Part shown: positions 7,883-17,262 of the stretch, in pieces
Layout of the letters: every line of letters starts with the position of its first letter
Numbering within the stretch: position 1 is the stretch's first letter
Origin: an uncultured virus (IMG/VR IMGVR_UViG_3300014576_000001)
Lineage: Duplodnaviria > Heunggongvirae > Uroviricota > Caudoviricetes
Reading direction: 5' to 3' (one strand)
Length of the DNA stretch: 30,049 nt
IMG/VR virus record: IMGVR_UViG_3300014576_000001
The notes under the pieces: model-generated
Seen by the model: the letters and a program-made list of their open reading frames with translations, nothing else
Databases searched by the model: none
Told to the model about the DNA's origin: nothing
Program-made: the position numbers and the translations under genes

Positions 7883-8923
7883 TTAAACACTAGATGTAGT
7901 GTTATCAACTGTCTGTGAGGGGTCTCGCCAGTGGATTTGCCTGTCGGCGCGAAGGGTATCGTTCACCTGCTCGAAAAGTTGACAGATCGGACGAATCTCG
8001 TTGCTTGTGTACACCCGATCAATCTTTTCGATATCGCCAAAACCTGCGCTGTTCTCCGGGATGATCCCGGCCAAGGCTGGGTTCATTCGCCAAGCGGCGA
8101 TCACGTCGTTGCGGGTGATGTTCTTGACCTTCTCCAGCTCATCCTTCGCCTGGAAGTCGCCGACCGGGATGATCTGAATGGCCTTCTCGCTGCCACCGGG
8201 GATGTTGACGAACATCGACCGAAAGTTGCCGACGCCTTTGGCGTTCGCGATCTGCGATTGAAGACTGTCTTCGTCCTCCTGGCTCATGTTCGGGTCGTTG
8301 GAGTAGAAGATGTAACCCACGTGAGCGCCGTTCGCGTAGTAGCGGCGGCGGAACAGCGTGGCGGCCTCGTTGAGCAGCAGCGCCTGCAGGCCGCCCAGGT
8401 AATCAGGCACACCGTAAATGTTTTGTTCCACGTCGTAGTTGAAGATGTGTTCAATCTCATGCTCTTCAAACTCGACCTCTTTCCCGCCCGGCAGTAACTG
8501 GACAAACCCGCCGCCGATCTTCACCCGCATGTTGATGGCTGGCAGGTGCTGCATCTCTAGTACCTGCCCCAAGGCATTCGGGTTGCGATACAGGTAGGTC
8601 TCACCGAACACCATGAAGTCGAGCGCGGCGCGGCTCATCGTCGCTGTGGAGAATCCATCCGAGGGGATGAACTCACGCAGCAGCAAGTTGCGCTTGAACC
8701 CTGGAATTGCGCCGTGGTGAGCGTTGGCCTTGAGTAGCTTGGCCAGCCCCAGGCGCGACACCGGCGGCGTGAACACCTTGCCGTCGTCGCTGGCGAACAC
8801 GCCCAGGTACTGCGCGATGTTGTCCGCCAACACCGCTTCCGGTGCGCCGAATGTGAATGACCGCATCGGCCCTTTGGGCGCGTGCACCGGTTGTTCTTGC
8901 TGCTTGCTGTGGCGTCGAGACAT
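7883..8923 (-). CDS. Q: Portal protein (P2 gpQ / PBSX family)
   Basis: YGVPDYLG, LLNEAATLFRRRYYANGAH, GVGNFRSMF, GFGDIEK motifs. Confidence 0.95.
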   Translation of the reverse strand: MSRRHSKQQEQPVHAPKGPMRSFTFGAPEAVLADNIAQYLGVFASDDGKVFTPPVSRLGLAKLLKANAHHGAIPGFKRNLLLREFIPSDGFSTATMSRAALDFMVFGETYLYRNPNALGQVLEMQHLPAINMRVKIGGGFVQLLPGGKEVEFEEHEIEHIFNYDVEQNIYGVPDYLGGLQALLLNEAATLFRRRYYANGAHVGYIFYSNDPNMSQEDEDSLQSQIANAKGVGNFRSMFVNIPGGSEKAIQIIPVGDFQAKDELEKVKNITRNDVIAAWRMNPALAGIIPENSAGFGDIEKIDRVYTSNEIRPICQLFEQVNDTLRADRQIHWRDPSQTVDNTTSSV

Positions 8924-10742
8924 GTGACCCTGGTCCGCTGGTGACGTAGCGGCTGCGCCGCGACTTGTTGGTGTTTAGGGGTTCGTTGGCCAGGGCGTGC
9001 ATGATTGCCCATGCGATGTCCGCGTGGCCGGTGGCATCGGTGCGGGAAGCGCTGTACGTCACCTGGCCGCTGCCAGTGGTGCCGCGCTTGATGGTCAGGA
9101 ACGCCTGGGCGATGTCGCTCCAGCCGGCGTCCCATTCGATACGGCTCCCCTGAATCGTGTCCTGTGCTTTGAGCACCAACGTGTTTTTGGTCTCAAGGCT
9201 GTAATGGATCGAGGTCGCACGCGGGTAGAAGTCGCGCACCAGGTCGAACACGCCGTAGCCGATGCCCGTGGTGTCGATACCGATGTGCTGGACGTTGAAG
9301 CGCTCTGTCAGCTTCTTGACCTGTTCAGCCTGGTACTTGAACGACTGGCCACGCCAGCTGTGTTTCTCCAGGATGCGGAATTTGCCGCCTGTCTCCAGCG
9401 GTGGCGCGATGACCACGCACGTCGCGTCGTCGCGGGTCCGACTCGGGTCGTAGCCGATCCAGACCGGGCTGTTGCCGAATGGGCGCGGGTCGTCGGGATC
9501 GTAGTCGGTCCACAACGACAGGTCGGAATAGCACCGCTCCAGATCGGCCAGGCCGAAGGCGCTTTGCGTGCTGTCGATGAATTTGCACATGAACAGCTGT
9601 TCAAACTTGTCCTCGTCGTACTCCAGCTGCAGCTGCTCCAGGTCGAACAGATCGCAGCCGCCGGCAATGGCGTCGAGGATGGTGATGATCTTGCGCCATT
9701 GCCCGTCCGGACAGAGCGCGCCGGACGCGATGTGCTGGTCAGTCGGCCATGGGTCTTTCGCGTTCTTGCGCTTGCTGTTGCGGAATTTCTCACCGGTCCA
9801 GAACGGGTACGCCTGGTGCGATACGGCGCTGGGCGTCGAGAAGTAGGTTTTGCGCCACTTCTTGTGGGTGGCCATGGCTGACGCGACGGTGTTCAGCTTC
9901 TCGAAATTCTGAATCCAGAAGTATTCGTCGACGTAAACGTGGCCATGGTGACCCTGCGCCGTGCTGCTGTTGGTGCTGAGAAAGCGCAGCTCTGCCCACG
10001 GCTTGCCGTCTTTGCTGAGCACGATCGGGTTACCGGTCAGCTCCAGCCCGAACCACTCCTGGGCGAACGAAATGATGTAGCTACGGAAGATTTCAGACTG
10101 TGCGCGGCTGGCCGACAGAAACACCTGATTGTCGCCAGTTAGCACCGCGTCCATGAACGCTTCGCCGGCGAAGTAGTAGGTCAGACCGACCTGCCGACTT
10201 TTCAGCACGTTGCGGATCCGCGACGTCAGCGGGTTCAGCTTCGCCTGGTACAGCTCCTTCTGGTAGCCGTACATTTTGCTGATGAACTTGTCCAGGAAGT
10301 CGACTTCGGTCAGTTCGCTGACGTCGTTCTTTGGTGCCTTCTCCCGCTTTTTCCCGCCTTTGCCGCTCCGCTCCCCTCGGTCACGTCGCTGGCTGCGCTG
10401 CTCCTGATTGGGCTGGCCACTGTCGTCCTGATGGTCGACGAGCGCTGGCGCAGGTTTTGTGCACTGCTTACCCAAGCGTTCGCGCAGGGTTGTGAGTCGG
10501 TCCAGCTCGTTCAGGTCATCCTTGCTCAGTGAAGTCTGCTTCTCCAGGAGCAGCGTGATACGCCGGCTCACTGCTGTCAGTGGCTCTTCATCCGTGAGCA
10601 TGTCTTCCCAATTGCCCTGGCGCATCCAGTAGTAAACGATCCGAATGCTGGGCAGGTTGAGCTGCGCCTGAATTTCCTTCGCTTTATAGCGACGCAGAAA
10701 TAGGCGTTTGGCGGCTTCTTTGACTTCGGTTGAGTAATACAT
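8673..10742 (-). CDS. P: Terminase ATPase/nuclease large subunit (P2 gpP)
   Basis: KSRQVGLT Walker A, VYVDEYFW Walker B, IGYDP and GHADIAWA nuclease motifs; N-terminal HTH. Confidence 0.95.
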   Translation of the reverse strand: MYYSTEVKEAAKRLFLRRYKAKEIQAQLNLPSIRIVYYWMRQGNWEDMLTDEEPLTAVSRRITLLLEKQTSLSKDDLNELDRLTTLRERLGKQCTKPAPALVDHQDDSGQPNQEQRSQRRDRGERSGKGGKKREKAPKNDVSELTEVDFLDKFISKMYGYQKELYQAKLNPLTSRIRNVLKSRQVGLTYYFAGEAFMDAVLTGDNQVFLSASRAQSEIFRSYIISFAQEWFGLELTGNPIVLSKDGKPWAELRFLSTNSSTAQGHHGHVYVDEYFWIQNFEKLNTVASAMATHKKWRKTYFSTPSAVSHQAYPFWTGEKFRNSKRKNAKDPWPTDQHIASGALCPDGQWRKIITILDAIAGGCDLFDLEQLQLEYDEDKFEQLFMCKFIDSTQSAFGLADLERCYSDLSLWTDYDPDDPRPFGNSPVWIGYDPSRTRDDATCVVIAPPLETGGKFRILEKHSWRGQSFKYQAEQVKKLTERFNVQHIGIDTTGIGYGVFDLVRDFYPRATSIHYSLETKNTLVLKAQDTIQGSRIEWDAGWSDIAQAFLTIKRGTTGSGQVTYSASRTDATGHADIAWAIMHALANEPLNTNKSRRSRYVTSGPGSHVSTPQQAARTTGARAQRADAVIHIRRTGSGVGGQHRAVPGRVRQRRRQGVHAAGVAPGAGQATQGQRSPRRNSRVQAQLAAA

Positions 10743-10905
10743 GGGCCGCAGTCTATGCGGCGAAAACGCGGGAAACGCGGGGTTAATTTCCTCGAATAAC
10801 CTACAACTCGATTATAGGAGATACGCGCAGGAGAACCGTTTGTTAGAGGGGCTGCAGCTCCATATCGTGGGGCCTCAAATCACCGATTGAGCGCAGTTAT
10901 CACCC
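10743..10905. promoter_or_regulatory. Divergent late promoter region (P/O)
   Basis: Divergent gene starts as in P2; imperfect palindrome CCTACAA-CTCGA-TTATAGG (~10801-10819) and tandem AAACGCGGG repeat. Confidence 0.55.
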
Positions 10906-11829
10906 ATGCCCCGTTCCCTTGTTTCGTATTGGAAACGTGTCGCCACCAGCGGCCCGACCATCGACGGTCGCGAGATTCTTCCCCAGGAACTGCGGGACAT
11001 GGCTGAGACCTACGCTCTGGCCACGTACACCGCCGTGATCTGGGCAGAACATGAGCGTTGGTACGGCTCTCACGGCACTGTGTTCGCTCTGCGCCTGGTC
11101 GAAGACGCCGACGATCTGCTGCCCGGTCAAGTGGCATTAGAAGCGCAGTTGAAGCCGAACGACAAGCTGCTTTGGCTCAACGACCAGGGTGAAAAGTTGT
11201 TCACCAGCGTCGAAATCACTCCGAACTTCGCGAACACCGGCAAGGCCTACCTGACCGGCTTGGCCGTCACCGACTCACCGGCGAGCCTGGGCACTCAGGA
11301 ACTCTACTTCTCCGCCAAAACCAGCAAGGCAGCGTTCTTCGCCGCCCCAATGGAGCTGGGCCGTTTGCGCGAATCTGAACCTGAAGCCGAGATGACCAAG
11401 CTCGCGGCGATGTTTTCCCGTTTCTTCAAACGCTTCGCTGTTGACGAACAGCCAGCGTCTCCGTCGACCGACACCCCCACAGAGAGCAAACCCCCAATGG
11501 ATGAAGCTACAGCTACGGCCCTTAAAGCCCTGCTGGCTCAACTGCTTGTTGTCGCTGCCGGCATTCAGGCAGTGATTGAGCCTGCTGCTGAGGACGCGCC
11601 AGAACCTGACGCTGCCCCGATCGATGACGTGCAAACTGCCGTCGACGCCATCGTCACCACCGCCGAGGAAGAACGCGAGTTCCGCCGTAACGGCCAGGGC
11701 AACCAGGCGCTCGCCGCCAGTGTTGCCAAGCTCCACCAACAGTTCAGCGAGTTGCTGAATACCCCGAAAGGCCGCGACCTGCAGCGCACCACTGGCGCTG
11801 CTGACCCTCAGAAAAAGCGGGTGCTCTGA
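10906..11829 (+). CDS. O: Capsid scaffolding protein/protease (P2 gpO)
   Basis: VATSGPTIDGREI, YLTGLAVTDSPASLGT motifs. Confidence 0.95.
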   Translation: MPRSLVSYWKRVATSGPTIDGREILPQELRDMAETYALATYTAVIWAEHERWYGSHGTVFALRLVEDADDLLPGQVALEAQLKPNDKLLWLNDQGEKLFTSVEITPNFANTGKAYLTGLAVTDSPASLGTQELYFSAKTSKAAFFAAPMELGRLRESEPEAEMTKLAAMFSRFFKRFAVDEQPASPSTDTPTESKPPMDEATATALKALLAQLLVVAAGIQAVIEPAAEDAPEPDAAPIDDVQTAVDAIVTTAEEEREFRRNGQGNQALAASVAKLHQQFSELLNTPKGRDLQRTTGAADPQKKRVL

Positions 11830-11830
11830 C

Positions 11831-12880
11831 ATGGCGTACAACCTGAGTAACCACGGCGCGAAGATGTACGCCGCGATGCAAGTGGCCATGGCCGAGACCT
11901 ACGGTGTCGATCTGTCGAGCCGCATGTTCAACGTTGACCCAACCATCGCCCAGGAGCTGAACGACGCCATTACGGCCAAGTCGGACTTCCTGCAGCGCAT
12001 CAACGTCATCGGCGTGAGCGAAATCAAGGGCCAGAAAGTGTTTCTGGGCGTCTCCGGTCCCGTTACCGGTCGCACCAACACCGGCACCAAGGACCGCGAA
12101 GCCAAGGACGTGTCGGCGCTGGACTCCAACACCTACGAGCTGTCCTCGACCGAATCCGATGTGGGCATGCCCTACGCGAAGATCGATGCGTGGGCGAAGT
12201 TCCCGGACTTCCATCAGCGCTATTCCGCAGCCGTTCAAAGGCAGATTGCCTTGGACCGCATCATTGTCGGTTTCCACGGCACCCATGCCGCTGTTCAGAC
12301 CGACCTGGCCGCAAACCCGATGCTGCAGGATGTGAACAAGGGCTGGCTGCAACAGGCGCGCGAGCAGATTCCTGAGCAGGTCATGTCCGAAGGCGCGAGC
12401 GCCGGCAAGGTGACCATGGGCGAAGGCGGCGACTATGCCAACCTCGACGCCCTGGTGCACGACGCCAAACAACTGGTCGACGAGCGCTTGCGTGATGGTG
12501 GCGACCTGATCGCGATCATCGGCAGCGACCTGCTGGCCGCTGACAAGGCGAAGTTGTACGCCAAACAGGGTGATACGCCGACCGAAAAAGAACGCATCGA
12601 AGAAGCCCAGGTCATCGCGACCTATGGCGGTCTGCCGAGCTTCAGCGTGCCGTACTTCCCCGTCGACACGGTCGTGGTCACCAGCTTCGACAACCTGTCG
12701 ATCTACTTCCAGGACTCCAGCTGGCGCAAACAGACCATCGACAACCCGAAGCGCTCCCGCGTCGAAGATTACAACAGCCGTAACGAAGGCTACGTGATCG
12801 AGCAGTTGGAGAAGTTCGCGATGATCGAGAACGTCGAGGTGCTGACAGCCCCGACGTCGGGCAATGGTGGTCCACAGTGA
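11831..12880 (+). CDS. N: Major capsid protein, P2 family (gpN)
   Basis: SDFLQRINV, IALDRIIVGFHG, NPMLQDVNKGWLQ, DNLSIY motifs. Confidence 0.96.
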   Translation: MAYNLSNHGAKMYAAMQVAMAETYGVDLSSRMFNVDPTIAQELNDAITAKSDFLQRINVIGVSEIKGQKVFLGVSGPVTGRTNTGTKDREAKDVSALDSNTYELSSTESDVGMPYAKIDAWAKFPDFHQRYSAAVQRQIALDRIIVGFHGTHAAVQTDLAANPMLQDVNKGWLQQAREQIPEQVMSEGASAGKVTMGEGGDYANLDALVHDAKQLVDERLRDGGDLIAIIGSDLLAADKAKLYAKQGDTPTEKERIEEAQVIATYGGLPSFSVPYFPVDTVVVTSFDNLSIYFQDSSWRKQTIDNPKRSRVEDYNSRNEGYVIEQLEKFAMIENVEVLTAPTSGNGGPQ

Positions 12881-13590
12881 GCCTGGCACTGGCGCACAAG
12901 CGGCGCGTACGTGCCCAAGGTCCAGCGGCGCCTGTCGTCGGTGCCGTAGCGGCGGCGTATTCGCCCGCCGCTGCACTCTCCAGCCGTGCGAATGCGCAGA
13001 AACACCTGAAGCTGATGGAAGACGCTTTGGCTGTGGATCTGGAGCGGATCAGCGCGATCGACAGCCGCGAGCTTCGTCAGCAGCTCAAGCGTGACGAGCT
13101 GTTGCCCAAGTACCTGGACTATGTGCAGCGGTACCGCGACTCAGAGTTGAATTACCCGAACCCCGTGATGATGCAGGTTTTGGTGTGGCTGTTCGATACC
13201 GCCGAGCTGACTGCCGGTCTCGAACTGGCTGACTTCGCCATTGCCCAGGGGCAGGAGCTGCCGGAGCGTTTCAAGCGCAACGTACCGACCTTTGTTGCGG
13301 ATGAGCTCATCAACTGGGCCGACGCGGAATACAAGGCTGGGCGTAGCCCTGAACCCTACGTTTCCAATTTGCTGCCGCGTGTGGATGGCGAATGGAAGCT
13401 CTTCGAGCGCATCCCGGCTCGGTTCCACCGATTGCTCGGCCTGATGGCCATCGACCGCCAGGAGTGGGCTTTAGCGATCACGCACCTGGAGCGCGCCGAG
13501 ATCCTGTACCCGGAAATACGGGTAGCAACCCGCCTGGACGCAGCCCGCAAGGCGCTGGCCAAGCAGAAGGCCGAAGCAACAACCGAATAA
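12877..13590 (+). CDS. M: Terminase small subunit (P2 gpM)
   Basis: KRDELLPKY, VWLFD, PERFKR motifs; GTGA overlap with capsid. Confidence 0.9.
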   Translation: MSLALAHKRRVRAQGPAAPVVGAVAAAYSPAAALSSRANAQKHLKLMEDALAVDLERISAIDSRELRQQLKRDELLPKYLDYVQRYRDSELNYPNPVMMQVLVWLFDTAELTAGLELADFAIAQGQELPERFKRNVPTFVADELINWADAEYKAGRSPEPYVSNLLPRVDGEWKLFERIPARFHRLLGLMAIDRQEWALAITHLERAEILYPEIRVATRLDAARKALAKQKAEATTE

Positions 13591-13604
13591 CCGTTCTTCC
13601 CCCC

Positions 13605-13670
13605 GCAGGGAGTTGCTACGGAAAGGCCGAGTCATTCGTGACCCCGACCTTCCCCGTAGCAGCAACCTGC
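13605..13670 (+). other. Long bulged RNA stem-loop between M and L
   Basis: GCAGG/CCTGC, GTTGCTACGG/CCGTAGCAGC, AAGG/CCTT and GTCA-TTCG-TGAC stems; no U tract. Confidence 0.7.
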
Positions 13671-13689
13671 CCTATTTGAGCGCCCAGCA

Positions 13690-14151
13690 ATGAGCTTTTC
13701 AGGCAAACCCACCACCTTTGTGGAACAGGCGATTGAGAACGACGGCTTTTGGCCGAACCTCTCCGTGTCCGAGTTCCAGAAGGGTTACCGCCTGCCGGCG
13801 GAGTACCTGGTAGAGCTGCTGGCCGCTGAACTCACAACCGCCATGCACGAGGTGAACCTCGACCTGGCCAAGTGCAAAGCGCGCTGGCAGGGCGCTGGAG
13901 TGTCAAGCGTTGAATCTGCAGACACCACCGTCCTGCCGGAGCGCACCTTTCAAGTCGCGCAGTACAAGCGCGCCGTCTACACCCGCGCCAAAGCCACGCT
14001 GCTGACCCAGTTCGCCACCGTTCAACGCCGTGAAGTTGCGGAAAACGTCGGTAAGGAACTGCCTGAGCGATCGGAAACCTTTCTCGCGTTCAGTCAGCAG
14101 GCCGTGCGCTCGCTGCAGGGCCGTGGGCGCATCACGGCGAAGCTGCTGTGA
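13690..14151 (+). CDS. L: Head completion/stabilisation protein (P2 gpL)
   Basis: IENDGFWP and YKRAVYTRAKA motifs; synteny. Confidence 0.9.
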   Translation: MSFSGKPTTFVEQAIENDGFWPNLSVSEFQKGYRLPAEYLVELLAAELTTAMHEVNLDLAKCKARWQGAGVSSVESADTTVLPERTFQVAQYKRAVYTRAKATLLTQFATVQRREVAENVGKELPERSETFLAFSQQAVRSLQGRGRITAKLL

Positions 14152-14591
14152 TCAAGCTGCAGGCGTTGACCGCCTATCTCATCGAACGCCAGCTGGTCGC
14201 GCCTGAACAGCTCGACAGTTGGACCGACCAGGTGCAGCTGGAACTGATCTGGAAGCCCGACGAGAAGGGCATGCGCATGGGTGACATGAACTACGGCGCG
14301 ACCATCGTCCTGGAGCGCTTCGCCGACAACCCTGCGCGCCTGATGGCGTTGGTGGGCAGTTGGCTGGACAACCACGACGAGGACCGCGAAGGCCTGCCGC
14401 AAACCGTGTTCGACATCACCATGCTCGACGACGATCTGGCCGACGTCGACATCAAGCTGCAGTTCAGCGAACCGCAGTATCTGACCGAGGATCCTGCCGG
14501 GGAGATCGTTACCCAGGGCAAGACCTGGTCGTTCGTGCCGTTCGAGCTGTGGGTTGCCGAGAAAGGCGAGGTGACCGGCGATGGCGCGTAG
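14148..14591 (+). CDS. Tail completion protein (gpR-like)
   Basis: Acidic 147-aa ORF, GTGA overlap; synteny after L. Confidence 0.75.
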   Translation: MIKLQALTAYLIERQLVAPEQLDSWTDQVQLELIWKPDEKGMRMGDMNYGATIVLERFADNPARLMALVGSWLDNHDEDREGLPQTVFDITMLDDDLADVDIKLQFSEPQYLTEDPAGEIVTQGKTWSFVPFELWVAEKGEVTGDGA

Positions 14592-15261
14592 CACCTTCGA
14601 ACTCGACGTGCGCGGTTACCTGGGCGTGCAAGAGCAGCTTGCACTGCTGAGCCTGTCGCCGCAGCTGCGCCGCCGGCTGCTGAACAACGTCACCAAGCGC
14701 GTGCGCAGCATGAGCCGTCAGCGCATCCGTGCCCAGCAAAACGTCGACGGCACCCCGTTCGCGCCCCGGAAGGGATCGGCCAAGGGCAAAAAGAAGATGG
14801 AAGCCGGCCTGGGCAAATTGCTGATGGTCACCCGTCTGAACGCCGATGAAGCCGAGCTGGGATGGCGCAACGCGCTGACCCGCTGGGTGGCATCCCAGCA
14901 ACACAACGGCGTCTCCGAGCGCCGCACTGCTGCCCAGATGCGCAAGTGGAACAAGACAGCTCCCGGCCTGGCTGCGACTGAAAAGCAGGCCAAGCGCCTG
15001 CGACGTCTCGGTTTCAAGGTCCGCCAGGAGGGCAAGAAAAGCCTTACGCGTCCCTCCGTGGCGTGGATTCAGGAGCACGTGAACTACGCCAAGGCGGGCC
15101 TGCTGATCCGCATCCTGGACGACGAAAAGACCGAAAGCACCGGTGCGCAAAGCTGGGACATCACCCTGCCCAAACGCCAGTTCCTCGGCGCAAGCACCCA
15201 ACAGGACACCGGTCTACTGGTGAACCAGGTGCTGCAGCAAATCCTTCATTCTCCCCGCTAA
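14581..15261 (+). CDS. Virion morphogenesis / tail completion protein (gpS-like)
   Basis: RIRAQQNVDGTPFAPRK and LPKRQFLG motifs. Confidence 0.85.
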   Translation: MARSTFELDVRGYLGVQEQLALLSLSPQLRRRLLNNVTKRVRSMSRQRIRAQQNVDGTPFAPRKGSAKGKKKMEAGLGKLLMVTRLNADEAELGWRNALTRWVASQQHNGVSERRTAAQMRKWNKTAPGLAATEKQAKRLRRLGFKVRQEGKKSLTRPSVAWIQEHVNYAKAGLLIRILDDEKTESTGAQSWDITLPKRQFLGASTQQDTGLLVNQVLQQILHSPR

Positions 15262-15272
15262 CGAGGCATCAC

Positions 15273-16391
15273 ATGTCACTCGGGAAAGTCTCTGTAAACA
15301 ATCTCAACCTCGGGCAGGGCGCTGTTACCGAAGTCGAGCGCTATTTCCTGTTCATCGGTCCTGGCAGCAAAAGCCAAGGCCAGTTGGTTCCGCTCAACAC
15401 CGAAAGCGATCTGGATGTTCAGCTGGGCATTCCGCCGAGCGACCTGAAAACGCAGGTCAAAGCGGCTGGCCTGAACGGCGGCGATCGCTGGGCGTGTCTG
15501 GCGGCACCGCTGAGCGGGCAAATGACCTGGCAGGACGCGCTGACCAAAGCCCAGCAGCAAGGCTATTCGGTTGAAGCCGTCGTGATCACCACGCCGGTGA
15601 CAACCGCTGCCGAGCTGGAGGCAATGAACGAGGCCGCCATCGCCATCGGCAACACCTACGGTCGACGCGTGTTCGTGCTGGCCGCTGTTGCCGGGATCGA
15701 TGCGGCCACGCAGACCTGGTCGGACTACCTGACCGCGAGCAAAGCGATTGTGGAAGGCCTGGCTGCGCCCCGTGTGCTGGCAGTGCCGCAACTGCACGGC
15801 AACGACCTGGGCGTGCTGGCCGGTCGTCTTGCCAACGCGGCGGTCAGCGTTGCGGACAGCCCAATGCGTGTGGCCACGGGCGCCGTGGTTGGCCTGGGAC
15901 CAGTGCCGAAAGACAAGGACAGTATCCCGCTGCAGTCGGCCACCCGTAGCGAGCTGGACAAGGCGCGTTACTCCGTCAGCCAGACGTATCCGGATTACCA
16001 GGGCGTGTACTGGGGCGACGGCAACTTGTTGGACGTCGTCGGCAGTGACTTCGCAGTGATCGAAAACCTGCGTGTCGCTGACAAGGCCGCTCGCCGCGTG
16101 CGTGTGCTGCTGGTCCAGCGCGTTGCCGATCGCCGCTTGAACAGCTCGCCCAACAGCATCGCGGTGAATACAGCGCGATTGATGGACCCGCTGCGTGCAA
16201 TGGCCAAGTCCACGACCTTCGCTGGCCAGGTATTTCCGGGTGAGATCGAGCAGCCCCAGGAAGGCGACATCGTCATCACCTGGAAAAGCAAATACGCGGT
16301 TGAGGCCTATCTCAAGCTGCGCCCTCTCAATTCTCCGAAAGACCTGACCGCGAACATCGCGCTCGATCTTTCCCCTGACGCTTCGGAGTAA
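15273..16391 (+). CDS. Tail sheath protein (DUF2586 / HP1-type)
   Basis: VNNLNLGQG...ERYFLFIG, ADSPMRVATG, YPDYQGVYWGDG motifs; start at ATG 15273 after GAGG RBS. Confidence 0.88.
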   Translation: MSLGKVSVNNLNLGQGAVTEVERYFLFIGPGSKSQGQLVPLNTESDLDVQLGIPPSDLKTQVKAAGLNGGDRWACLAAPLSGQMTWQDALTKAQQQGYSVEAVVITTPVTTAAELEAMNEAAIAIGNTYGRRVFVLAAVAGIDAATQTWSDYLTASKAIVEGLAAPRVLAVPQLHGNDLGVLAGRLANAAVSVADSPMRVATGAVVGLGPVPKDKDSIPLQSATRSELDKARYSVSQTYPDYQGVYWGDGNLLDVVGSDFAVIENLRVADKAARRVRVLLVQRVADRRLNSSPNSIAVNTARLMDPLRAMAKSTTFAGQVFPGEIEQPQEGDIVITWKSKYAVEAYLKLRPLNSPKDLTANIALDLSPDASE

Positions 16392-16394
16392 CCC

Positions 16395-16847
16395 ATGGCG
16401 GCAAAGATTGGCGGCAAGAACTTCGACGTGACCATGGGCGATCTGGCCATTCACGTCGAGAACTGCACCCTCGACATCACCGACAACACCGCTGTCGCGC
16501 AGACCAAGGGCGTTCCCAACGGCCACGTCGACGGCGATGTGGCGGCGGCGGGCGAACTGGAGGTGGATACCACCAACTTCAATTTGATCATTGAAGCGGC
16601 GAAGACCGCCGGCAGTTTCCGCGAGCTGGAGCCGTTTGACTCGGTGTTCTACGCCAAGGCCGGCGAGGAAGAACTGAAAGTGGAGGCCTTCGGCTGCAAG
16701 TTGCGTCTGTCCAGCCTGCTGAGCATTGCGCAGAAGGGCGGCGAGACGCACAAGCACAAGATCCCTTTCGACGTCACCAGCCCCGACTTCATCAAGATCA
16801 ACGGCGTGCCGTACCTGGCTGCAGCTGAAATCGAGGGCCTGACCTGA
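16395..16847 (+). CDS. Tail tube protein (DUF2597 / HP1-type)
   Basis: GVPNGHVDGDV and VTSPDFIKINGVPYL motifs; follows sheath. Confidence 0.88.
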   Translation: MAAKIGGKNFDVTMGDLAIHVENCTLDITDNTAVAQTKGVPNGHVDGDVAAAGELEVDTTNFNLIIEAAKTAGSFRELEPFDSVFYAKAGEEELKVEAFGCKLRLSSLLSIAQKGGETHKHKIPFDVTSPDFIKINGVPYLAAAEIEGLT

Positions 16848-17059
16848 TGGTTTGCCCGTTCGACCGTGCCCAGGCGCTTGAGCTTCGGCAACGCGAGCAG
16901 GCCATTGCGGCCGCGCTGGCGCGCAAGCGGCCGACCGGGCCGAGCCTCACCCATTGCGAGGACTGCGACAACGAGATTCCTGCAGCGCGCCAGGCGCTCG
17001 GCGGCATGACCCGTTGCGTCCCTTGCCAGTCCATTTTTGAACGAGAGGTTCGGCGATGA
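16847..17059 (+). CDS. TraR/DksA C4-type Zn-finger protein
   Basis: CEDC-x17-CVPCQ with IPAARQA; N-terminal PFDRA. Confidence 0.9.
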   Translation: MVCPFDRAQALELRQREQAIAAALARKRPTGPSLTHCEDCDNEIPAARQALGGMTRCVPCQSIFEREVRR

Positions 17060-17262
17060 GCGCGAATCAAGCTGCCCAGGACACCGCCGTTGCATTGGCA
17101 AAAGCGTCACCGGCGATCGGCGTAGCCGCGACCGGCGCGACCGGCGCCGTCGACTGGTCGGCAGTGGCCTACATGCTGACAGCCTTCTACATGGCGCTGC
17201 AGATCCTGCTCCTGGTGCCCAAGTACCGGCAGATGTTGCGCGATTGGAAGCTGAAGCCATGA
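17056..17262 (+). CDS. Holin (possibly pinholin)
   Basis: 68 aa, two hydrophobic segments, basic C-terminus, directly upstream of endolysin with ATGA overlaps. Confidence 0.75.
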   Translation: MSANQAAQDTAVALAKASPAIGVAATGATGAVDWSAVAYMLTAFYMALQILLLVPKYRQMLRDWKLKP

